Of a stretch of DNA of 64,000 bases, positions 25,501 through 37,500 are shown one piece after another. Numbering within the stretch: position 1 is the stretch's first letter; every line of letters starts with the position of its first letter. The notes under the pieces were generated by a model. The model ran no database searches. It worked only from the letters and a program-made list of their open reading frames with translations, and was not told the DNA's origin. The stretch is from Nemertoderma westbladi (lineage: Eukaryota > Animalia > Xenacoelomorpha). Where the stretch lies: NCBI GenBank assembly GCA_032718475.1, contig JAUCBJ010009039.1, positions 1-64,000 on the forward strand, given 5' to 3'. Both the position numbers and the translations under genes were made by a program.

Positions 25501-28500
25501 AATGATACACGAAGTGGGGCCTTCGCGCAGCACGTGAAATGAGTTAATGCTAAGTATCAACTCGAAAGGATTATAAAAACATAGGAGAAGATTTTCCCGG
25601 AAAACGTTAACCCTCTAGCGGGAGACTGGGTAACTGAAGAAGGAAGGATTAGTTTCCCTACAAAGCCACAGCCTATGGTCTATTACATATCTACCAAGTT
25701 TCCGATTGACGGATCATAAATAACGAAATGTTGGAAGGTTTTCACTTTCATACATTTAGCCCTCTAGCGGCATATTAAAGAACTACGGATCGATCACCTT
25801 CCTCACAAAGACGAGGCATGTGGTCTAGTACATACCGGTACTGTATATTCCAAAATTAAGCTTAAATAGATTAAGATCAAGGAATTCGCGAAGGTTATCA
25901 CTTTCCTACATTTCGCCCTCTAGCGGCAGACTCGAAAACTCCGGACCGATTACTGTCCACACAAAGACTTAGGATGTCTTCTAGTACATATATGACAAGT
26001 TTCAGCGTAATCAGATCATAAACAACTAAATGGAAGAATAATATCACATTCGGGACATTTCGCCCTCTAGCGGCAGACTGGAGAACTGCAGACAGATTAG
26101 CCTCCTTTGAAATTTACAGCTAATGGTCTAGTACATACTTCCCAAGTTTCAGCTTAAACGGATTAAAAGCAAAGAAATGGGTGGCCATTTAATGTTTAGA
26201 CATGTGGCCCTCTAGCGGCAGAATGGAAAACTTCGGACCGATTACAATCCACACAAAGACTCAGGATGTCATCTAGTACATATATGACAAGTTTCAGCGT
26301 AATCAGATCATAAACAACTAAATGGAAGAATAATTTCACATTCGGGACATTTCGCCCTCTAGCGGCAGACTGGAGAACTGCAGACAGATTAGCCTCCTTT
26401 GAAATTTACAGCTAATTGTCTAGTACATACTTCCCAAGTTTCAGCTTAAACGGATTAAAAGCAAAGAAATGGGTGGCCATTTAATGTTTAGACATGTGGC
26501 CCTCTAGCGGCAGACTGGAAAACTTCGGACCGATTACAATCCACACAAAGACTCAGGATGTCATCTAGTACATATATGACAAGTTTCAGCGTAATCAGAT
26601 CATAAACAACTAAATGGAAGAATAATTTCACATTCGGGACATTTCGCCCTCTAGCGGCAGACTGGAGAACTACAGACAGATTAGCCTCCTTTGAAATTTA
26701 CAGCTAATGGTCTAGTACATACTTCCCAAGTTTCAGCTTAAACGGATTAAAAGCAAAGAAATGGGTGGCCATTTAATGTTTAGACATGTGGCCCTCTAGC
26801 GGGAGACCATTGCACTGATGGTGTCTGAAAGTCTCTCAAAAATCTCAACTTTAGCTCATATTGATACCTACAAATTTTCAACTTGGCAGCTTTAAATCCG
26901 ACAAAGTTATTAGCATGTCAAAATCGTAACGACGACGACGACGACGACAACGACGACGACGACGACGACAACGACGACGACGACAACTATTTGCATAAAT
27001 TGACCCACCCCCTAACAGTGTCAATTCGCTAAGGCTCCGCCAACTTCGTGGCTCGCCCCACAATGTTCATATCTCTTTATATAAGCAACACTAAGTCTAA
27101 TCTTCGCTAATCTAACCAAAATATCATAAAGAAAGGAACGTCTGTTGTTTCTATCTCACCTCTATGAGGGCGTGTTGTGCTGTTTGGCCGGCAGCCATTT
27201 GGTCCTTTAGTATTGCTTGAGTGATTGAACTGTGATTGGCTGTCTCAGATTGTTCGTTCTGCCAATCTCCGCAAGCTCTGTAATTTATAAGTAATACCAG
27301 ATTATTTGAAAAATTACAACAAAAAATATCTCGGGTCAACATTTATCGGTTGACATATGTGATGCGGCGTGCATTAAGGATGCTATTGCGGAAATCAACA
27401 AAATTGCGCCGCCACAACTAACTAACAAAAATATGAACAAATTGTGTGACGTTTTAACTCAAATAGCCTATTAAATTCAATGCATTTTATACATAAATAC
27501 GATCCAAATAAAATTCTACAATATTTAATTTATTCTAAAGGGTGAATCGAGACAGAGCCCTAACTAAAAGGTAACAAAGTACCCACCCCCAAGAATGATC
27601 AGAATATTAAAAAAAGTTATATTATATAATTATAGTTATTATAAAAAGAATAATTGGGTGAAAATCACTAAAAGTGGCCAAAATTAGGTTGGGATTTTCG
27701 TACAAAAATTTTTTGTTTCAAAACCTAACATATCATTAATTGATATGATTGGAGCTGTACATCATAGTTAACCAGGGTCCATTAGGGTAGGGAGGGTGGA
27801 CACAAAAAACAATAAAAATATTTCTTACTGATACTGATACTTATTCTTACTGATAGACTATAATCCCATCTCGTTTAAATTTACCAGAGTTAAACATCGA
27901 TAAGGGAAAGGAACAGGTTAATAGTAAACGGAAGTTAATATGACCAATGTAAAAGATGCATGGAATTAACTGTTAATTACGTTGATTCTTCCCAAGTACG
28001 GCTTCAATTTTGATTGCGTTAATAAATTCTTCGAAATTCGAGTTTGAGTTTGTTAGAGTTTGTTACCATGACAAGTTACCTGTAAATATCGCGTAACAGC
28101 GCTGACCCCCACAGCCGTATGTTTTGGTCGGATATTTTGGCGCTTAGTTGCAGTGCTGGGGTCACCATATTCAAGGCTTCCTGAGAGTTCCCTAACGTTA
28201 GGAATATGTGGCCCAATAGGACCAGAGACATCGCCGTGGGTCTATTCAGGTCCTCTGAGTTGCACATCTTAACTGTCTCTCTGAGGTACTGCCTGTAGAG
28301 GGAGGGGGGATTATATGAAACAGAGACAGAAAGCCGCTAATAATATAGCAGCTAAGAAAAATAAAGTTGTCGGTGGCACACCTACACCCAAGGATGGATT
28401 ATCTAACTAACGGCCAGGTACAGGATACGATACGAACCAATTATTCACTATAAAATACGATACGAATACAAACTTGAGAAAATACGATACGATACGAAAA

Positions 28501-31500
28501 ATCCAAGATACGATACGAAATACGATAAAAGTTTCGTATTTCTTTCGTATCGTATTTTATCTAAGAGGTAATAAAACTACTACTACTAGGTCGAGCGAAC
28601 TCGGACAGTGGAAATGAGATCCTTCCAGGCTTCCCGATTCTCCATAGTTGTCGCAATTTCGTTTCTCCCAAGTTCAGTATCCCTTTCAAGTTGATCTATA
28701 TATGTTATGGCAGGTCGTCCACGACTACGCTTTCCATGAGTTGGTTGCCAGAGAAGTAGATCTGGTATGACCTCGTCTTTACTTCGCCAGCAGTGCCCAC
28801 TGAATCTTAATCTGCGTTCACGGAGGGTGGTTGATACAGGCGGTATTGTACCATAAAGCTCGGCGTTTGTCATGTGTTGTCTCCAGCTGATGTTTAGGGC
28901 TGCCCTTAGTAGTCTTGTGTAGCAACCATCAATTCGTTGTTCAAGTGATTTAGTCAGTGTCCAGGTCTCACCCCCGTATAAAAATACACTTTCCACTGTG
29001 GCTCGAAAGAACTTAGTCTTCAGGTGCCTGGAGAGATCTGATTTCCAGATGGTATCCATTTTTGATAGAGCTACCCAAGCCTTTGCTTTCCTAACTTCTA
29101 TGTCCTTTTTGCTACTCTCTATCCATGATCCAAGGTACTGGAAGTCATCGACCTTCCTTAGTTGATTATTATCAATGGTTGTCAAGTTTCCATCAACATT
29201 AAAGGTCATGAATTCGGTCTTGGTAGCATTTATATACAATCCAACCTCCTTAGCAGCCCTCTCCACTTTATTTAGTAGAAGCTGTGCATCTGCTAGCGTA
29301 TTATAGAGCAGGGCGATGTCATCCGCAAAGTCGGTGTCTGTGACTGTAGTTGCCGGATATCTACTACTTCTGCGTTCTTGAAGTGTGAATCCCAGATCTT
29401 CACCCTTTGTGGCCGTCCTCATTGCGTAATCCAGCACAATTACAAATAGTAATGGTGCTAATGTGTCACCTTGCAGTACGCCAGCCAGGATTGAGAAAAA
29501 CTATGTTTCACCATCTGGTGAGAGTACCTGCGCTTCTGTGTCACAATATAACAATCCAATGCCAGCAACAATTACTTCTGGTATTCCATAAGCTCTTAGG
29601 ATTTCAAGCATTTTACCTCTATGGATGGAGTCGAATGCCTTCTTGAAGTCCACAAAAGTCATGACTGCGGGGAGATTCAATCTCTATAGGAAAATAATTT
29701 AAATTATTTCATTGTTCCAGCATGCTTGTTACATCAATAGTGCGGCTACTGGCTACAACATCCATGACGTTAAGCAGCACGGCCCAATCCAATATCACAA
29801 TGCCACTTTATTCATACTGTACTGGCACTCCTGTACCTAAAAAACCTACTGCCGTTATTTATGGAATAATTTTGAATTGTATTTCATCACAGCAATATGA
29901 ATAAAATTCAAAACTTAAATTTCGAAGTCAAACTAATATTAGAACTACTAAACCAAAACAAATGTTTTATTTATATTATTATTTCACTAGAATGCCGTTA
30001 TCATAACATCAATGCCTTGTAGGCGCGATTTATTACTTACCCTCACAAGTTTATTTAATCTGTAATTAGATTATATTTCAGTGGTCTCTTTTTATCGTTA
30101 TTCTACAGTTAATTACCATGTGATTAACGATCCTCCGGCCTTCTTACACATTTTATTGACATAATAAAACTATAAGCTGTAACCTAATTTATACGACTAT
30201 TTTGAGTAATAAATTGTAAGTAAAAGGTTATGATCTCTGGTTTGACTGTTGAAAACATTAATATTTACAAAATAATAAGATACGAAAATACGATACGAAA
30301 CACAAAAAATATTTATTCGTATTATACGATACGAATTCAATTTTTATGATACGATACGAAATTCGATACGAATAAAATACTGAGATACGAAATACGAAAA
30401 TCCGTTTTCGTATCGTATCGTATCGTATCCTGTCCCTGCTAACGGCCACCTTATTTTCGCCCCAGATCTCACGGTCAGCCATACACAGTGCCGACGGATC
30501 CAGCAACATAGCGCCCCCAGATCTCGCGGTCCGCCACACAGAGCCGGCAGACCCACCAACATAGGGCCCACAGATCTCGCGGTCCGCCACACACAGTGCC
30601 GACGGATCCAGCAACATAGCGCCCCCAGATCTCGCGGTCCGCCACACACAGTGCCGACGGACCCAGCAACATAGCGCCCCCAGATCTCGCGATCCGCCAT
30701 ACACAGAGCCGGCAGACCCACCAACATACGGCCCACAGATCTGACAGTCAGCCGATACACTTTCCCAGGTTATCCCCTGCTTTTAAATTAGGAGTCCTTC
30801 AGCAAGCGTTGAGTCAAAGGCTGCCCACGCCGTCTCTCTTCTCACCAACAGGCTGCCGCAGCACAAGGTTGTGTAGTGGTTGTTTGCGGGCGAAAACAGT
30901 GCCCAGCAAATATCAGGCTGAATTTATGGTCAACTCACTTGGCATCGTGAAACCGAGTCTGAAAGAATGCTTGTAATCCCAGAACGTAGTAGGAAGCAGC
31001 ATGTAGACTGGAGCTGGGACTGGGAAACCTATCGGGTGAAATCCGTTCCAGCAGCGAGAGTAACTCAACCTAGTCGAACGGACGAAAAAGAGTAGCAAAT
31101 TGTGATATTGAAAACGGAAATCTACGGAACAATAAGATCCCTAAACAATAAGGAAAATTCGGAAATGGGATTCATGATTACTGGGTTATGTTTGAGTCCT
31201 GAAACTAGAAAGATAAACTGTCGGCTGTCTGTCTTACCTAAGATAAACTGTCGGCTGTCTGTCTTACCTGTCTGTTTGTACGGATATAAACGATGGCCAA
31301 ATTGAGTGAGATGAAGGCCCACAGTTCCATGCTTTGGCACAGACACAAGGCGGTGTTAAACTGACTTTCGGCGGCATTGAGACAACTGATGGACATTGAA
31401 TAGAGACCCAGGAGTGTGTGGAGTTGTGCTCCATGTAGGGTGAACAGTCTGGGGTGTTGGTAACACAAGGCGCAGGCTTGGTGGATCTGTAGAGGGACAA

Positions 31501-34500
31501 AATAGTTCGTTATTCCTTAGAGATATAATTGGGTATAAAGAACGTACGATAATAAATTCATGTAACATCAGTGATCCTGATACTGATAAATACTGATAGC
31601 TACGGGGTTTAGATACCGATACGGCGTTCGTTTGATGGCTCACAGAGTTCTTAGCAACTTACCTTGCCTATGGCTCTGTGTTTGTCCCCCGCTATCAATC
31701 TCGCCATTAATGTGTTCCCAACTTACCTCGTCTATGGCTCTGTGTTTGTCCCCCGCTATCAATCTCGCCATTACTGTGTTCCCAACTTACCTCGTCTATG
31801 GCTCTGTGTTTGTCCCCCGCTATCAATCTCGCCATTACTCTGTTCCCAACTTACCTCGTCTATGGCTCTGTGTTTGTCCCCCGCTATCAATCTCGCCATT
31901 ACTCTGTTCCCAACTTACCTCGTCTATGGCTCTGTGTTTGTCCCCCGCTATCAATCTCGCCATTACTCTGTTCCCAACTTACCTCGTCTATGGCTCTGTG
32001 TTTGTCCCCCGCTATCAATCTCGCCATTACTCTGTTCCCAACTTACCTCGTCTATGGCTCTGTGTTTGTCCCCCGCTATCAATCTCGCCATTACTCTGTT
32101 CCCAACTTACCTCGTCTATGGCTCTGTGTTTGTCCCCCGCTATCAATCTCGCCATTACTCTGTTCCCAACTTACCTCGTCTATGGCTCTGTGTTTGTCCC
32201 CCGCTATCAATCTCGCCATTACTCTGTTCCCAACTTACCTCGTCTATGGCTCTGTGTTTGTCCCCCGCTATCAATCTCGCCATTACTCTGTTCCCAACTT
32301 ACCTCGTCTATGGCTCTGTGTTTGTCCCCCGCTATCAATCTCGCCATTACTGTGTTCCCAACTTACCTCGTCTATGGCTCTGTGTTTGTCCCCCGCTATC
32401 AATCTCGCCATTACTCTGTTCCCAACATACCTCGTCTATGTCTCTGTGTTTGTCCCCCGCTATCAATCTCGCCATTACTCTGTTCCCAACTTACCTCGTC
32501 TATGGCTCTGTGTTTGTCCCCCGCTATCAATCTCGCCATTACTGTGTTCCCAACTTACCTCGTCTATGGCTCTGTGTTTGTCCCCCGCTATCAATCTCGC
32601 CATTACTGTGTTCCCAACTTACCTCGTCTATGGCTCTGTGTTTGTCCCCCGCTATCAATCTCGCCATTACTGTGTTCCCAACTTACCTCGTCTATGGCTC
32701 TGTGTTTGTCCCCCGCTATCAATCTCGCCATTACTGTGTTCCCAACTTACCTCGTCTATGGCTCTGTGTTTGTCCCCCGCTATCAATCTCGCCATTACTA
32801 TGTGTTCCAACAGGGCTATCTGGAATGTTTGTAGCAGAGGGTGATTCTCCAATACTGAAACAAATATTAGAACGAAATAATCGAAGGTAGACCCTAACCA
32901 CAATATGGTAAATAAGCTGGACAGCTTAGCCCTAGGTTGTGTTACGTAATTTACCACATTTAATTAAAACTACGTATGAAAAATATAAATACCGATTCGC
33001 CAATCCAGTTCCGTTTAAGGGGGGGGGGGGGGGGGGGGGGGGGGTGCCCCCTCCTTGGGTAAAATTTTCACATTTTTGGTTTTCTATTTTATCTGATGCA
33101 GAATTTAATGGGGAGTTAAATGGGATCTTTTTTAGTTCTCGAGTTATCGCTGTCTTTCCGTCTATCAGTTTGTCCGTCAAAATTTAGAAGACAGATCGAC
33201 AGACATGCTGTCAGACAGACATATTAGATGCCACCAAACATTAAAACTGACATCAGAAATGAAATCACCGACCCCGAAAACCCCCATATTGATAATTTTA
33301 GTGAGTTGGTATGAAGCCATAGTGTCAAACATTACTGGCCGATTAACAGACTACAGACAGTCAGGTTTGAGCGGGAAGGTTCAAACTTTAATGCAAATTA
33401 TTTCGGAATTACATTTCACGATATTTCCATTTTTAAAAATACTACTCCTCCGCCGTTTTTCACCCAAATTCTATAATTTATGGCTCGTTTGAAAGGTTTT
33501 TTGAACATCTTGAAAAATTATCCAGCACTTTTTTGAAAAAGATTTTTTTAAATATTATTGAAAATTTTATTAATTTTAATTAATAAATTTAAAATATTTA
33601 AAATTTAAAAATTTAAATTAATTCAAAAATTTAAAATCGGCTGGATAATTTTTGCAGAAACGATGGTGCTGAGTCCAAAAAAGTTGGTTTCAAAAAAATT
33701 CGATAAATATTAAGGGACTAGTGTTTTTAGTGAAATATTTAATTGCGCCACTCGTCGCTAGAGGGACACAAAAAAAATTACAATTTAAATTTTTGTTGCT
33801 CTTTGGCCTTCCCCACGTTGGCTGAACACAACATAACAATGATATTGACCTACAACACGAAGTTTGAGCTGTTTAAAAAAAACTGTCCTGAGGGGGTACC
33901 CCCCCCCCCCCCCCCTTAAACCCCGTTGTATAAATGTATAACCCTAATATTGGGAGCAACTTTAAAAGTATACGTTTTTAGTACGCAGCTCCAGAGATAC
34001 CCAAGGCAGACATGTTTATGTTTTTATATGTTTTAAAGAGACAATATGTGAGACAAATTATGTTCAGCACATAAACACTTACTTAACAACATATTTATTT
34101 CGTCGCTGTAAACATGGGGTTTGACAATATGGGTTTTCTCAAAAAATATTACCGAACTCTGAAGGTTCCCTATTACTGGTAAATTAGTGGCACAAATTTA
34201 CGAGACCATTCTGAAGATAATTTTATGTGATTTATATACAACCAATAATAAATGATGTGACCATATCATCTATAATATGGCAAAGCTATTTGCCAAGAAT
34301 GTAACTCACCAACTCCGAAAAAAACATTAAAATGTTGATCGTGAACTCAATTTTCGAGGTGCTATAAAAGTTGACGTGTTTATATTGCGTCACCACAATT
34401 TTAATACTTCCAAGGTACTCAACCATAAAATAAATCACATTTTAGATAAAAATCGACTGTTTGTTCCTCGCCGAGCCTAAAATCATTCGACTTTGGATAA

Positions 34501-37500
34501 GTTTGTAGACCGCGGAAAATGTAGCCGCGAGCCTAAACTACGCCCACTTTGGATAAGCTTGTAGACCGCGGAAAATGTAGCCCCGAGCCTAAACTACGCC
34601 CACTTTGGATACAGCTTGTAGACCGCGGAAAATGTAGCCCCGAGCCTAAACTACGCCGACTTTGGATACAGCTTGTAGACCGCTGAAAATGTAGCCCCGA
34701 GCCTAAACTACGCCGACTTTGGATAAGCTTGTAGACCGCGGAAAATGTAGCCCCAAGCCTAAACTACGCCGACTTTGGATAAGCTTGTAGACCGCGGAAA
34801 ATGTAGCCACAAGCCTAAACTACGCCGACTTTGGATAAACTTGTAGACCGCGGAAAATGTAGCCTCGAGCCTAAACTACGCCGACTTTGGATAAACTTGT
34901 AGACCGCGGAAAATGTAGCCCCGAGCCTAAACTACGCCGACTTTGGATACACTTGTAGACCGCGGAAAATGTAGCCCCAAGCCTAAAAACTACGCCGACT
35001 TTGGATAAGCTTGTAGATCGCGGAAAATGTAGACTTTGGAAAAAATCACAGAAACTTCGCCCAAGATCTACAAAATGTATATCCAAAGTCTAAAATTCAG
35101 TTCTAGTTAGATACGTTGTACCCAAAGTCCACAACGACTAATAGTTTTCACATGTCTTTTCAAGATTTACAAAACAATTAAGAATCCTTTTGGGGGTAAT
35201 TATCAATTTTGTTATTGTGCACGGCACGTGGACTTACACTACCAGCTAACTGCAGTGCTGACAGCGGTGCGTTGAAGATTGCGAAATACCAAAAGTCATA
35301 CGTGAGCGTGAATTATGAACTACTAAATTAATTTTAATGTAACTTTATGTTATTAATATTTTGGCAGTGTAATATAAAGTGATAATAATATGCTAAAAAT
35401 ACGTTCGTCAAATTAAAACTTAAATTCAAACTTGCAATCCCCATACCATAAATTGGGATCGCGAGAGTGTTAACTGATAATCCCGATCGCAATCCCGGAA
35501 AATTCTGATACCGTTGAAACACTGATATATATATATTAGTGTTTAAACTGGATCCCGAAAAAAAAACCGGGATCCCGGCGAAAAATGCAATCCCGGTCCC
35601 GATCCTGACTTTTTTGCACCGGGATCACAATGTATAGTTAAGTAAATTTGTAAAATATCTTATAAATTGTTCCAGCAGAACGGAAATGTTTCGATTATAT
35701 CTGATATTTATGTCAGTAAACCACCATCCAGTAATCAATTGAAAAATAATTTTAATATAACTTATTATTATCTTACTAATATTTCAGAAGTGTAAGATAA
35801 AGTGAGTGTTACCGAAAACCCGCTACATATACTAAATAACTTTGAGGAATTTAATCCAAAATTGCAATCCCGATCCCGAAAAACAGGACCCCGAGAGTGA
35901 TAATTTTTTACTTGTAGACTTTGGGTGAATATTTGAGATTTACCTCAATAACTTTCCATAACCTGAATCACCTTATGTTTTATTAACTGATTCGTTTTCT
36001 GCACGAAAAAAGCTATCGAATGATATAAGACAGGGTGGGGATGGGGGGTGGTGGTCAAAATTCGCTGCGTATAACCGTCCTGGACAGGCCCAAAGTACCG
36101 GTAGATTCTAAATGAATCGACTCACCTTTCAGTTTCTCAATCTGCAACATGGCGCGTTCTGTATATTTTTGTGCTTTATCAATGTACCCTGCGTGCAGCG
36201 CGTGCGCTACTGTCGCTAGGTAGACCAACACGCACAGATGTTCCTTGGGTAACCAAGTGAACTCATCCAGGGGGGGTTGACCACTGTTACAGGTAGACAC
36301 AGAACCATCGTCTATAGTTGATAGGGTCTGTATGGACTGCTGTAAGTGCTTCAATGAAGTCTTTACCGATTTAATCTACGGGAATTATAGGATCGGAGAA
36401 ATATGTTCAAATTAATTTATAAGCATTTAACATTTACTATATAGTTTATACTAAAATATTTCAGAGTGAGGAATAAAGTGACATAAAGTTTCCCAAAACT
36501 GAAAACTTGACAACTTACAAATTCCCTACCCTCTACCACCGGCCCCTACCCTCTACCACCGGCCCCTACCCTCTACCACCGGCCCCTACCCTCTACCACC
36601 GACCCCTACCCTCTACCACCGACCCCTACCCTCTACCACCGACCCCTACCCTCTACCACCGGCCCCTACCCATACCCTCTACCACCGACCCCTACCCTCT
36701 ACCACCGACCCCTACCCCTACCCTCTACCACCGACCCCTACCATCTACCACCGGCCCCTACCCTCTACCACCGGCCCCTACCCTCTACCACCGACCCCTA
36801 CCCTCTACCACCGGCCCCTACCCTCTACCACCGACCCCTACCCTCTACCACCGACCCCTACCCTCTACCACCGACCCCTACCCTCTACCACCGACCCCTA
36901 CCCTATACCACCGACCCCTACCCTCTACCACCGACCCCTACCCTCTACCACCGACCCTACCCTCTACCACCGACCCCTACCCTCTACCACCGACCCCTAT
37001 ACCCTCTACCATCGACCCTACCCTCTACCACCGACCCCTACCCTCTACCACCGACCCCTATACCCTCTACCATCGACCCCTACCCTCTACCACCGGCCCC
37101 TACCCTCTACCACCGGCCCCTACCCTCTAGCACCGGCCCCTACCCCCTACCACCGACCCCTACCCCCTACCACCGACCCTACCCTCTACCACCGACCCCT
37201 ACCCTCTACCACCGACCCCTATACCCTCTACCATCGACCCTACCCTCTACCACCGACCCCTACCCTCTACCACCGACCCCTATACCCTCTACCATCGACC
37301 CCTACCCTCTACCACCGGCCCCTACCCTCTACCACCGGCCCCTACCCTCTAGCACCGGCCCCTACCCCCTACCACCGACCCCTACCCTCTACCACCGACC
37401 CCTACCCTCTACCATCGACCCTTACCCTCTACCACCGGCCCCTACCCTCTACCACCGACCCCTACCCTCTACCACCGACCCCTACCCTCTACCACCGGCT

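Noticed and set aside
31670-32750. 17-nt GT...AG micro-introns in each 64-bp unit
   Set aside because: Far below normal animal intron length and no branch point; the AG derives from exon sequence
31632-32890. Three 350-400-aa plus-strand ORFs
   Set aside because: Antisense readings of the 64-bp array; the same peptide appears in all three frames
36507-37130. Pro-rich extensin-like ORF
   Set aside because: 20-bp intronic minisatellite, antisense to MAU2
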